Below are positions 1 through 13,758 of a stretch of 64,000 nt of DNA, one piece after another. The position numbers were made by a program, and so were the translations under genes. The stretch covers positions 17,422,001 to 17,486,000 of the forward strand of contig CM106585.1 in the NCBI GenBank assembly GCA_048013815.1, read 5' to 3'. Each line of letters opens with the position of its first letter. Within the stretch, counting starts at the first letter, position 1. Below the pieces are notes generated by a model. That model did no database searches and was not told the DNA's origin. It worked only from the letters and a program-made list of their open reading frames with translations. The stretch comes from Setoptus koraiensis. Its lineage: Eukaryota > Animalia > Arthropoda.

Positions 1-169
1 GGGCTAATCTAATCACAGTCACCTGTTGCTGGCAGCCACGGCACTTTATAGCGTCCGTCCGTTGATGCTGCTGACTAATTCACTGGCACAACTGATACAT
101 TGGCTTACAACTTGCAGACCGTTATCTCAGGCATCGTCTTGCGTTTGTTTGTTGCTCTTGGCCAAACAA

Positions 170-172
<3 letters not shown>

Positions 173-214
<42 letters not shown>
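173..214. repeat. (AC)n microsatellite
   Basis: About 21 uninterrupted AC units. Confidence 0.95.
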
Positions 215-216
<2 letters not shown>

Positions 217-3200
217 GCGAGCTGTCGGACTGATTATTGTTCTAACGGTATTAAGCCGTTAGCCACTGCTATGATATTGTGTAATATAGCGTAATACAAG
301 CACAATATATAAACAATATACAAACAACATACAAACAATATACAAACAATTGCACATTGGCACAAATCAATGGCATTTGGGTCAACAGGAGACACCCATT
401 GTTTTGTGTGTGTGTGTGTGTGCCATTGATTAACATTGGCCGCTCATTTGCATACGACGGCCACGTTGATGCGGCTCCCCTCGCATCTCTCGGCCGTTAC
501 ATCAACAAGCCGTTACGTCAGCCAATTTCGAGCGCCTTTTGGACCGTTATCCCAAAAAAGCGACGATTGTTGTGCAACTAAGACGCACAGCCAACAAATG
601 TTTCCTTTCCGTCGGTGTGTGTGTGTGTGTGTGCAATATCTTGTATAATTGTAACACCGTCGATGCCAGTCACTCGTCAGCTGTTTGCTATAGTTTGCCG
701 CACAAAACCGGAAGTGATCGCACACATGCACTCATGAATACATACAATATCGTGAATACACACACACACAATAATGCGAATTGAAATATGAGCATTTGCA
801 AACGAAACTAACAAGCTCACCTGTCGACAGCTTGCGAATGCTTGTTTGTGCGCAACGTAACTGATTGGCCGTATGCTGATTGCCTCATCTCTGCGACTCC
901 TGTCATGTTGACACCTGTTGACACACACACTCATCTCAGAACAGGCTTGAGCAGACCGAAAGCAATCTATTCATAGGCAGACACACATAGCAAGACGCCG
1001 TTATCACAACGACACCAGCAACAACAGCAACAACCACAACAAACACAACAAGACAGGTTATATTTGTGCGCAGCTGACGCAACCAATATTGGCCGGGTAT
1101 GGGCCGGGTATCGGCCGTGTATCGGTCGGGTATTGGCTGGGTAATGGCGGCCACAAAGGTTGCGTCATAACTCGTTTGTTTGTTTGCTTGTCCGTTGGTT
1201 TGTTTGCTTGCTTAGGCGTGCAGGTCGCCGTTGGTCAGTCCGCTGACTCTGACGATTTCATCATGAGAGTGATTTGATTATTATTGGCACACACGCTGCA
1301 AAAAACACAAACAGCGAGCGGTAAAGGGATCTGTCGTCTGTTTATAATATAATAATATATCTGTGCATGATACACAAGCCATAGAATCTATAATATCGAT
1401 ACTGACAGTGCGCACAATAGACAATTGCGATGTATCTGTCAGTTTATCATGAGATGACCACGCTGATGCAAGCGCGCTGGCTTGATTTGAAATTGCTCAA
1501 ATGTCTTTGTTGTTTGGCTTGTGTTGTGTTGTGTTGTTTTGGGCAACATGAGCCGCATTGCTTGTGATCACGATCTGAGGCGCCGCATGACGCCTCAGAT
1601 GATGAATTGAGTCACATTATCACTCAATTCGGCCAAATCACTTCATTTTTCACTGACCAGCAACATATAAAGTTGCGATGGATGGTGGCTAAAATAGTGA
1701 CGGCCAAACTGCAGCGATACAGCGCAGAGCAGAGTCGTGAGCGCGGCATCAATGGGCTGACAGGTGACTTGATTGGCATTGTTGAGGCCTGAGCAATGTT
1801 ATTGTTGTTTGATTTGTTCATGATTGTTTCCGCTTGCTCGCCATCGCTCGCCAGCACACAGGTGATGAGAATCAGCTGTCATTGTGCTGCCTCGATGGCT
1901 AATCACGTTGTTGCGACAAGCCAAGTTGAGCGTGTTGTTGGGCCTTGTGGCTCCACAAGCGGCCAACAACAAAACAACTTTACTTTTACTGTTACAATTT
2001 GCTCACGAGACACACAAACACGTCAGATAATAGATATCACTGCTGTTGCAACATGTCACAATGTCGCAATGCCGGAACTGGTTAAACTCGAGCCGCCGCG
2101 AGCGACCCCTGTGTGCGAGTTCAATTTAGTTTAGTTTGGTTTGTTTGCACTGGCTAACTGCACTCATTCTGACTCGGTGACTCTCGCTGACTCTCGCTGA
2201 CACTCGCTGTTTCCGGTCACTCAAGTCGACTCAATTCGTCTCCATCCGACTCCATCCGACTTCATCCGACCGCTCAATTGGACACCCAAGGGGCGTCGAT
2301 GGAGACAAGCGGGCAACTTGCCAGCGCTGCCAGCGAGCGAGCCGAAAGAAAGTGAGAAACAATGGCCAACATGGTGATAAATCACTGTTGTCGCTCGAGT
2401 TTGAGTCTGATGAGTTTGAGCTGGCTGGCTGGCCGCAATTCGACTTGACAGCAAGGCGCCAAAACTTGGTCGCTCAGCTGGGCTCGCTGGCCACTGTCAA
2501 ATGGCCGCTGTCAAATGGCCACCGTCAAATGTGGCCCGCTGCGGCCAGCGGATCTGAAAGCAGCGAAAGGCAAAGCTATTAAGCGGTAATAGTCGCTCAA
2601 TTTGCTCATACTTGATCGCACTTGTTACATTTGTTGTTGTTGCTGGCGCCACAGCGACAACAGCGACAACAACGACGACAGCGACGACAGCGACGACGAC
2701 AACAACGACAGCAAGCGCCACGGCAGCACCAACAACCGCGACAACCAGCCAACCGCCGACAACAACAACGGGCTGCCGTCGAGCTAGGCGCTAATTGTGT
2801 CCAAATAGACGAGACGAGACGAAATTCTGATTATGAGGTCGCATTTAAAGCGGCGGCTCATGACACTTGCGCTGATGATTGTTTTGCTCTCATTCTTTGC
2901 TCGGTCGTCTATTATTTTGGCCTTCTATTCTATTATTTTTCGCCGTTGGTTGGTCGCTCTCGCTTTGCACGATCCGTCGCCGGCCGCCACAATGAGCGGC
3001 GCCATCAGTTAATGTTAATGGCGAGGCAAGCAGAGCCAACACTCAGCGAGACAAAGGATAAAGAATGATTTAGATCGACTTCCTTCTGTCCGCTGCGTGC
3101 CCTTTAAATTCGTCTGCTCACTCTCACTGTCTGGCTTGTTAGATTGGCTCAGATTTGCTGAGATTGGCGCAGATTGGCGCCGATCGCTATCTGGCCGACA

Positions 3201-4372
3201 AGCACACTCAAGTCGCTGACCAACTAAACTGACCAATTGAATCTGTCGTCGTCGTCAGTCAGTCGTCTCACAGCGCCATCTGATCGTCGCTGATCATCTG
3301 ACGGCAATTGCAGTTGATATTATGATCGCGATAATATCAAGATCAAGTGAGCGAGATCATTGTTTGTTGTTGCGTAATAAATTATTGCAACTGAACTAAT
3401 TGTTATTGTTGCTGTTTCGTTCATTAGGCTGTTGCTTTATTGGGCCGTTGGGTCAGGCGAGGTTAACACAGCTGCAATTGATTTACACTTTTACCTTTGG
3501 CACTGTCAATGCTCGCCACTGGCAACATTCGTCCGCCAGTTGGCGCCTCCGAAATAGCTCCAACAACAGCAACTACAACAACGGCAACAACTCATGAGTT
3601 GAGCTCACAATAAATACAGCCGATGAAAAGTGGGCACCAGCGCACAAGTTTTAGCTGACCACAACTTTACAAGTTACAACTGTAAGCCACATTTTGGCCG
3701 TTAATCAACCAGCTCGAGACATTACATAATACTCAAATGATACTTAAATAATGCCCAAGTAATTGTAACGCGTTGCGTAATTATAAGCAGCATAAAGTAA
3801 TAATGATCGTCAGCACACTAACAACACATCGTAATGCAGTGCGATACAATGTGATACAATGTGATCACAGGCTCAAATGGGAGAAACTGTGAACTAGAAA
3901 TAACGACATCGGTGCATCGGTTGCAATGGTCACGCCGGCAATAGTTATTTATGGCATTGTCAGAGTGACCGACCGATGGCGATTTGCGGCTCAAATTGGT
4001 GCAACGCAACGCATGGGAGAGTCCCGTGGATCCGGCCATCCATTGCTGCTATCCATGGCTGCTATCCATGGCTGCCAGTAATTCACAAATGTGCCAATGC
4101 GGCACAGCATGCACAATCGGATAATTATTGAATGTGGCATGCGATCATCGTGATGCTCATTATCCGTTGACCGCTATGCGCCCGTTATATCGACAGTGTC
4201 CAGCGCAGTTGCTTGTTTAGATCGCGCGCTCGATTGAATTGGCGCACTCGGTGTGCCTCGCCGCTATGACATGACATGACGAGCTGGCTGGCTGGCTAGC
4301 TGGCATTGATCGCAAGCACGATCGAGCAGTGATAAAAATATATGTTTCGTGCCTAATGGCAGTGCTTTTCAC

Positions 4373-4444
4373 TGGATGCTTTCAATGGATGCGCTCAATG
4401 GATGCGCTCAATGGATGCGCTCAATGGATGCGATCAATGGACGC
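4373..4444. repeat. 13-bp tandem repeat (CAATGGATGCGCT), about 5.5 copies
   Basis: Directly visible; the terminal copies are degenerate. Confidence 0.9.
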
Positions 4445-5082
4445 AGTAAGTGACCAGCATGCAGCCCAAATTGATATCACAAACAATGTTTGTTTGTTGT
4501 TACATGATCTGGCAACAATAATTAAGCAATAACTGCATGCTTATTAACGGAAGACGCTCACCTGAGTGCGCTCGCCTGAGTGCGATATGCGAGCTGTGCG
4601 ATCACCGAGACCAGAGATGGATAAATAAACGCAGGCGCATAACGGGGCAAAAGTGTTGTTGCTAATTTAGCAACAACAACTTGCAAGCAACTGTCAGTGC
4701 ATTGTTGTTGCCGTTGTTGTTGCTCACTACTACGACAACAACAACAACGACAACAAACAACAACGGCAAACAACGGCAAACAACGGCAAACAAGCACCGC
4801 AGCATCGTGCTCGATCTGGACAACAGCAACACATGTAAACAAGGCAGAGATAAACACTGGCAAAAGTATCATAATGTATCATTATTAACGGGCCATTGTG
4901 CATTGCATAATGATAATTGTTTGTTGTTGCTCACTCTCTATGTTGTATAGCCAACAATATACACATACAAACAGACCAGACAGTCAATCTATAGACAGAG
5001 AAGATCGTGCCAGCGGGCCGGCGCATAGACACTTTTACTGGACTTAGCTGGCCGTTGTTGTGCTCACCTGAGCTCAAGAGAT

Positions 5083-5158
5083 ACACTGCACACTGCACAC
5101 TGCACACTGGATACTGGTTACTGGATACTGGACACTGCACACTGGATACTGGATACAC
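5083..5158. repeat. 7-bp degenerate tandem repeat (ACACTGC/ATACTGG)
   Basis: Directly visible 7-bp periodicity with a drifting unit. Confidence 0.85.
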
Positions 5159-5859
5159 TAAATAATAATGTTTATTTACATCAATGATCTTACATCAATG
5201 ATGTGTGTGCAAATGGTGCAATATGGTTATGTGGCCATGCGATACACAACGCTTGATAAGAGCTAGCTTGACTTGACCGTACTTTTGGTACTCATGTGTG
5301 CACCTGTTGCGTGCCCGTCTGCCTGTCCGTCCGCCGATCCGCCGTTTGTCCGCCGCTTGTCCGCCGCTTGTCCGCTCGTTTGTCCGCTCGTTTGTAGGCC
5401 CGCAAGTGTGAGTGTATCAAGTTACCTGTGTAATGATTTATCTCGAGCCACTTGTGGCAACATGATTGCGAGTTCAAGTTTCTGCTGATGATGCAGCCAC
5501 AACAGCAACAAATGATGGCCAAGAAAGTTATTATTTCTATTGCACAAAAGCAGCTAATGGTGTGCCAACAACAAAGCTAACGGTCAACAACAACAACAGC
5601 AACAACACCGACAGCAACAACACCGACAACAACGACACCGACAACAACGACACCGACAACAACGACACCAGCGATAGCAACAGCAACCACAGCAACATTT
5701 GCGCAATGATGAGTGTCTTGGCGAGCCGAAAGTAAAGTTACCAGTCGCAAAGCGCACGCTTTTTGCAGCCTTTTTTGCTCGCTTACACTGAATATCAGCT
5801 CACCTGGTCGGCAGCCCAATGGGAGCCCCTATCACTGTATGTGCATGCTGCTACTGCAC

Positions 5860-5938
5860 ACTCTTACCGTAACAGTCTTACCGTAACAGTCTTACCGCAA
5901 CAGTCTTACCGCAACAGTCTTACCGCAACAGTCTTACG
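5860..5938. repeat. 14-bp tandem repeat (AGTCTTACCGYAAC), about 5.5 copies
   Basis: Units start at 5860, 5874, 5888, 5902, 5916 and 5930. Confidence 0.95.
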
Positions 5939-6216
5939 TAAGATATCACCTGTCTCGCAGACCGTTAGCTGAGGGCAACAGCAACACTGTCATAGCGAGC
6001 ATGTGATGCGAAATGATTGCCGGATAATTGTTATTATTATTATTATTATCATGTGTTGTGTGTTTATGTAATTAAATTGGTCGGTTGGTTGTTGGTTGCA
6101 GTGTCAGTGTCTTGACGCCGGCCAACTGTCATGTGGTAACGCGATACATTATTTATGTTACAACATTTATGTTTGCTCTTGTGTTGTTGTCTAATCACAT
6201 GTGATCACGAACACTC

Positions 6217-6290
6217 TACAGCTGATATGTTACAGCTGATATGTTACAGCTGATGTATTGCAGCTGACGTGTGTTACAGCTGATATGTGA
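6217..6290. repeat. About 14-bp tandem array carrying 5 CAGCTG E-boxes
   Basis: CAGCTG at 6219, 6233, 6247, 6261 and 6277. Confidence 0.9.
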
Positions 6291-9200
6291 TAGGTGAAAG
6301 GTGGTCGCATTGATCGTGTGAGGGATGCCATCTGACAGTTACAGTTACTCACAGTTGATCACGGCAACGGCAGCATCAGCAGCGATATTGTGACGCAACC
6401 AGCAACCAGCAACCACAGCAACAGCGACAACAACAGCGACAACAACAACAACCACAATTTAACAATCAACAAGCGGTCACGTCACGCGCATCAAGCAACT
6501 CATGACGCAACTGCCATCTGATATCAGTGTGTGTGTGTGAGTCGTAAATTGTCCGGTCGACTGGACAAAGGTTGCAAGTTTGAGTAAGTGATGCGATACG
6601 TACGTTACGTAATAATAGCAGCGAGCGAGCAAGCGATAATAATAACTCACACACTGACACCACAAACATATTTATACATACATTATTACATATACATGTA
6701 ATAATAGAATTGGACAGAGACCATGTTTCACAGCCGAACACACACACACACACTCTGTCCGCTCTATTCTGCCCAACAGTTTGTAAGTCACTCTTACGTA
6801 ACACACTCTTACGTTTGACAGTGTCTACAGGCGAGATATAACTGGCACAGGTGACAGGCAAAGAGTAATTATTGTAATTATTGGAGTGACGGTTCTCTAT
6901 TAATAATTTGATGCACCTGTCGACTTGTTTGTTGAGTGGCCGGCTCAGGTTTGCTGTGCCCACAATTGTGTTTAGAGTTGTGCTCATAACTGTGCAAATG
7001 TGAGTTGTGCTGGTCAACAACGGACCCAACATTGTTGCATGACAACATGGCTCGTTCGGGCTCGATCGTTGGCGATTGTTCGCAATTGTTCGCAATTGTT
7101 CCAAATTGTTGCCAATCGCTCATCCGATCGTTTGCAATGCGAATTGATTGGAATTCAAATTCAAGTTCCAACGACAAACTGCGCAACGGGCGATTGTGAT
7201 CAGCATTGTGAGTGCTGCTGGCATCGATGTCCTCAAACGGCGCAAGTGAACTGTCAATTCGTTTGCTGTATTCAATTACAACTTGTCAATTTGTAATTGA
7301 ATACAAACAGTAATTGTGTCACCGTCGCCATTGTTGTTGATTGTTTGTTGATGGCCGACACAAACAGCTGATGTTTGAAGTATGACACGGCTCCTATGTG
7401 AGGCGAGACGAACAACAATTGGCCTGATAATAACAATTATTATCATGCTGCTAACGAGTTAGCTTACCTGTGCGTTAATGTTAACAGAGCAAATTAACGG
7501 CAACCTGTTGCTTGTACCAATGGTATGTTGTGTGTTAACTATATATACTCCTCCGCACAATTTATTTTTGTTTTTGCATCTCTATTTGTGCTATTTGCGT
7601 ACGCGCGATATATATGGTAAATGCGACTAGCGTCGTTTATTCAAACTGCAGTTTGTGTTTACAGACAGTGTTACAATAACGGCCAACAAGTGACTATTTG
7701 TAGCGAGTGATAACGGCAGTGCAAAGCTGCCAGCAGACACTGTCGACGATCAGCTAACAAGTGCACAAAAAACAATGATGTTGTTGTTTTGCTGCGACCC
7801 AAGCGCATCAGTCAAGTTTGCAAGTTACCATTGTCGTACATTGGCAACGTATCGCCGCCGCCAACAGCACCAACAACAACAACAACGGCAACAACAACAA
7901 CAACAACGACAGCATTGCGAGACAGCAACAATATGAGACAACGACAATAATGGGTGACGTTGTGCTCGCTAAAATTAAACACAGGTGAATCGGATTATCG
8001 TCATTGTATCCGAAGTTCGCGTTCTGAAGGCAAGCCGATGATTTATTGACAATAGTGAATAACGGTTATTATCGGCTAGTGAATAGCGCGCTATTCGATA
8101 AATTATTTAGTTGTAACAAATCGCTTTGTATTGATGCTCGTTCATCGCCACAACCGGCAACAGCAACAACAGCGGCCACAACCACAGGTAGCTTCCCTTT
8201 GTTTGTGTGTCAATTCACGAGCGCGCTAATAATAATTATTTATACACGGCTTAAACTAGAAATTGCTCGCCATACTCGATATAGTCGCTCTAGAGTTGAT
8301 ACAACCGGCTTGTAACGGTATTTAGTTGTGGCTGACGGCATCCAGTTGCAGCCAACGGAATGAGCAAGCCCGCCGAGACACGAACCGAGATGCAAAGAGC
8401 GAGACAAAGCCGCCTTAATTAAGATATACCCCCACTCACTGGAGTCGCGAGTCGCGAGTGTGGCGTTGGCATCAAGTTCGCGAGCTTGATTGCCAAATTG
8501 GCCGCATACTTGGCTACGAGAACACCGAGAAGAGATTTTCACTGGCTCACTCACTCACTCACTATCTTCACTATATCACAGCGCAGTATGATATGATTAG
8601 CGGTCGGCTCTCGGTGGCGTTCTCTGTCAAGCTAATGATCGCCAAGACAGAAGGAGAGAGCCTGTTGTTGAGTTAGTACTAACGGCCAAGTATTAATAAT
8701 GTTGCATTAGTGGGCTCCACAATTAAAAGCAACGGCACAAATTGAGAAGTGTGGGCACTGGCAACAATGCAATTTTTAGCAGCAATTATCAGCTGCATCA
8801 ATTGGCGCGCACATGAGTGGCGCATTCACCTGTGTTCACCTGTGCGCTTGTTGCAGTTGTTGTTGGCTGGTAGCCGATGCACTTGCCGTAGCAACATGTT
8901 ACGGCATGTATGTTGTAGCAACATGGACCGGCCTATAGTAACATTGGGCCATTATAACATAATGAATAGTGCGGGGGAGCCACGCAGCCAGCGCTAGTGG
9001 CTACACTGTGGCGACTAGACTCCAGCAACAACAACAACAACAGCGACAACAGCGACAACAGCGACAACAGCGACAACGCCGACAACAACGCCGACTGCAC
9101 CGACTGCAGGCAATCAATAAACGATGGCCCAATTAACCTGTCGCACCTCGGCGCTCACTTGTGTGGCTCTCATTTTATCAATGGCACTCTCAGCTGACTG

Positions 9201-10583
9201 CTGCTCCGTGTGGTGTTAATACGCTTAATATTATATTAATATTATATTGAAAACAACTTGACACTTATCGCCAAGCCAGCCGAGCCAGCCGAGCCAGCGA
9301 TGAGCTTGTGCCAGCGATGAGCTTGTGCCGGTGAGTGGCTTACCTGCCCATGGAATGACAATGGTGGCGCCAAGAGCCCGCAAACAGAAACGACACACCA
9401 CAAATGATAACACAACAAATAAGACATAACAAGTTTGCTTACATCTCATGTCTTGTCATGACGCAACTTCCTGTGTTTGCTTATCGCAAGCTCTTCTTCG
9501 CTTCTCCATCTGGCTGCGACGGGGCCGCTTCGAAGCTGCCGACAAGCTTCGAAGCTTCGAAGCTGCCAAGCCTTGCAGCCATGCAGCCGATGCTCGATGT
9601 GAACAGTTTGCGATACATAAAGAGTTTTAGCATGACGATGTGTTTATTGGTTGCGTATTAATATTTTGTTGCTTACATTTATATTAATGGCGGCCAATGT
9701 GGTGTGACCTGTCCACAGCTCACTTTCACTCGCTCACTTTAACTCATTGTGAGCATTACGTAATGGCACACTTATCAGTTAATTTGCGCTGCCATACAAC
9801 GGGCACACTTTGCCTGCTCGCTGGTTAGCTAGTTTGTTCATTAAACTCAACACACAAACAACGTTTATCGCAACAACTCGAACGCCGAGATAAACTTGCG
9901 ACGACGACGACGCCGACCACGATGGCGCCCAACAGATAATCTGTGCCCATCATCAACTATTATCCTCGCAACGCTATTACGTTGTAGAAGCAACAGGCTA
10001 CTCGCGACTAAATGGCCTTTTTCGATGCCCTCGGCAACATATAACATGATAACAGCATGCATTGGTCATTATCATCACAGTTGATATATGACTGATGACT
10101 CGCCAGTGATTAGCCAAGCCGCAATTAATAAAATGTTTCTTGGCATTTTATTTCGCGGCTTCACTCGCCAGCATCGGGCCCAAATGGCTGGCTTACAATT
10201 TTTCGCCATTTGCCACTTTTTCGGTCTTGCCAAATTGGCACCGCTGGCGAGAGTCGCTGCAACTACCACTAGTGGAGCTACTTTCGCAATGACTTTCAAT
10301 TTGTCACCGTGCAAACACTTGCCTCGTTGACACCTTGCCACTAATTGGCTGAGCAGCGCTCGTTTTTCACTTTATTTTTCTGCTGCCCTCGCGAAACAGC
10401 CCCAGTAAAACAGTTTTAGGCTAGCTTTGGCGTCAATCAGCCAAGTATTGTCGCATCGTCCCGTCGGCATTACTAGAGATTAGCCCGAGTTCTGGGCTAA
10501 TCTATCAACACAATTGCATAATGTTGCTTCAAATCACCGATGCACATCGGCGCGCGTTGTGCCTCGGATGTGCGCCGACATCC

Positions 10584-10682
10584 GCTGATAGTGCGCACAT
10601 GGATATCGGTGCATAATGGCTGATAGTGCGCACATGGATATCGGTGCATAATGGCTGATAGTGCGCACATGGATATCGGTGC
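10584..10682. repeat. 35-bp minisatellite, about 2.8 copies
   Basis: Unit GCTGATAGTGCGCACATGGATATCGGTGCATAATG at 10584, 10619 and 10654 (partial). Confidence 0.95.
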
Positions 10683-10828
10683 GGATATCCATGGAGCGGA
10701 TTGAGACTGATGCGAGTCGGATATCCGCACTGGATATTTGAAGGTGTCTTCAGCTCGGGCCCAACTATCCCAAATATCGCCAGTGAAAACAATTGCGAGG
10801 GCACTCATTTTCTCACTTTGGCCATTTC

Positions 10829-10918
10829 GGCTCGCTTTGGCTCGCTTCGGCTCGCTTTGGCTCGCTTCGGCTCGCTTCGGCTCGCTTCGGCTCGCTTTGG
10901 CTTATTTTGGCTCGCTTC
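10829..10918. repeat. 10-bp tandem repeat (GGCTCGCTTY), 9 copies
   Basis: Directly visible; one copy is degenerate. Confidence 0.95.
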
Positions 10919-12207
10919 GGGCCGCTGTGCCCCGCTGGCTGCGCCGATGCGTTTATTAGGAATAATTAATAATTAAGCGGCGTAATAATTGACTGCGAAC
11001 AGTGTCATTAACCTGATCATGGTGCGATACTGGCGCTGCCAGCGCGAAATGTTTGTTCACAGGCGGCGCAGTGAACAAACATTTGCCAGCAAACAAACAA
11101 ACAAGCAAGCAAGCAGGCAGCAATGGCAATGGGGCGCGACATGAATATCCGCGTTCATTTATTCCGCTCGCTACCTGTGACCGCTCGCCGCGGCTGCCGT
11201 TAGTGGGTGCCCGTTGAACCGCCGTTTAGGTTGTTAGGCTGTTTAGGTATTCAGAAGGAAGCTCGAGAGGTTGATCGCGCAGATTGTTAGCGTGAGTTAG
11301 CGGTTCGCGAGACACAGAGCTCAGAGAGAGAGAGAGCGAAAGTTATAAGTAATGCGATGGCCTGATCATCAATTCAGTTGGCGTCATCGCTCAATGACGC
11401 TAACTGGCGCCACCAAAAGTGATTATGATGATTAATTTAATAATTAAATTAACGTTTGTTGCGATTAGTTGTGTTTGGTTGTGTTTGGTTGTGTGTGCTC
11501 GCAATGAGAACGGGAGAAGAATGCGAGCCCTTCCTTAATCGGCCCAGCTCCGTCCCATCAGCGGCCTGACAAACAAATGCGTCTGTTTGCTATTATCGCC
11601 GGCCATCGCTGGCAGCAACTCGCTCTCTGTCTCTGTCTCTGGCAATAAGTCATCATTTCATTACGTAACCGACTGACCAATGTCTACACTTGAGATATGA
11701 TGTTACTGGCCAGTTGCGCCCGGCGGTTTGTCGTTGTTTGGCGCTTGTCGTTGTTGGGCGCTTGTTGCTGTGCCTATGCCGGTGCAGCGCAACAACAACA
11801 ACAAGTGTATCAACTATAGACAGCTGATTATGACAACTGCGGACTTGCCAGCCAGTGCCGGCCACTCTCTGACGGCGACCCTCTGACGGCGACCCTCTGA
11901 CAGCGACGCTCTCACAGAGAGGAGACCAGTCGGCTCACTTAAATTATGTATTATCTCATTATTATTTGCGATGCGCCGCGCGGCAACAAACACAACAACA
12001 TACGTATGATAATGTTGTATGTATATATAATACTGTTTGCTGTGCCAAAGAATGGCCACAGCGAGCTTGCGATTGTCAGATGGAGAATGGCGAAGAAAAG
12101 TTTAGAGAATGAGCGAGTTTCGAAATGAGCCGCGCTCGTCGAGATCGCCACTCAATTGACTCAATTTGAGAGAGTCAAGAGCAGCTCGCCAATTGCAAGC
12201 CACAGTC

Positions 12208-12308
12208 AACTGTTCGAACTGTTCGAACTGTTCGAACTGTTCGAACTGTTCGAACTGTTCGAACTGTTCGAACTGTTCGAACTGTTCGAACTGTTCGAAC
12301 TGTTTGAA
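12208..12308. repeat. 9-bp tandem repeat (AACTGTTCG), 11 copies
   Basis: 10 perfect units plus one variant; the array repeats the palindrome GTTCGAAC every 9 bp. Confidence 0.97.
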
Positions 12309-13336
12309 TGTGGCCACTCTCGAACAGTCAGATATCGCAGTGTGACGGCACACATCATCTTGGCCATAATATCACTTCCTTTGGCGCAACAGCAACCGGC
12401 CAATCGATGCCGGCGACCTAATGCGACAGCCGCCGTGACACAGGGGGCTACGTGTGTGTCCAATTGTCGTGATGCGTCCTTTGTTTTGCATCCTCTTCTT
12501 GTTTCGTTGCGAATCGGCGCTTCGGTTCGGCGCTTCGAATCGGCGCTTCGATTGCGCGCTTCGATTCGAATGCTCGACAGCGGAAACAGCAACAACGACA
12601 CCAACAGCAACAATTGGTCACAATTGGGTGTTGCGCAACGCAACGCCTGCATCCTTTTGGCGGTTGTTGCACCTGCCGCCTGCGCCGCCGCCGCCGCCGC
12701 CATTTATTATTTAACATTGGTTATGTAACGAAAGCTAACTTTATTATAACTATATATTATAACTGTTCATGTTGTGCGCTTGTGTCGCTCGCGAGCAACC
12801 AACGCTACAAAGACACCGAAGAATCTTGTCAAAGTCACACAAATGATGCAATAGATGGAGGCAAATTAATTTGATTCAGCGAACCGTTTACAGACGCACA
12901 CACTAACTAATGCCGCCTAACCAATGCTGACCGGCTAATACCACTCGCCAACCAGTGCAACGTTGCCGCTTGCTAGTGCCACCAGTTCGGTCGGTTCAGT
13001 CTGCTCGAAAGTGGCTTCAAATTCGAATTCGAATTCGAAGCCGCCGAGCTCGCTGTCAGCTGACAACAAACCGAGCGCTTCCTGCGCCAAACTCAGCTGA
13101 CGCCAGCGAACGCCAGCGAACGCCAGCGAACGCCAGCGAACGCAACGACAAAATGGCACAAGTGACCGGCACCGGCAACAAGTGTGTTACATCAAGTGTT
13201 GCCGGTCAGTGTGTTACATGAGCGACACAGGCGACTGTTGTTCACCTGTGCCATTGCCGGCTTGTGTGCGCGATACACAGTTGGCTGTATAGTTGCATAG
13301 TTATGTAACTTGTGCCAGCTTACGTAACATCTTGTC

Positions 13337-13368
<32 letters not shown>

Positions 13369-13758
13369 GCTGTTGTTGCTGTTGTTGTTGCTGTTGCTGT
13401 TGTTCTTCTTCGTTTTGGTGAGTGTGACAGGCCATTTCTTGCATATTACATGTAATACCAATGTCAATTATGCAAATCTGCCAACAACAACAGCAACAGC
13501 AATAACAACGCCGGCAACAGCTGATCGTGTCCGGCTCAATTCAATTGTTCGGCGACGCAACAACGACACATCCGAGTTTCGACAAATTCCACCTCCGCCG
13601 TCGTTTCGCCAATTGACACAAGCGCAACAGCAACAGCAGCAGCAACAGCAGCAACAACGACAACTACACAACATGTAGTGCGATGAATTAGCCGACGCGA
13701 AGGTGGTCAGCGGCCAGAGCAAAGTGGCTACTTGGCTGCTCGAGTGTGTAGCGCATTT

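Noticed and set aside
3352-3366. GAGATCATTG resembling the bantam miRNA 5' end
   Set aside because: The match stops after about 10 nt and I see no hairpin partner.
10584-10682. CRISPR-like appearance of the 35-bp repeat
   Set aside because: The copies are directly tandem with no unique spacers, there are no cas genes, and the context is eukaryotic.
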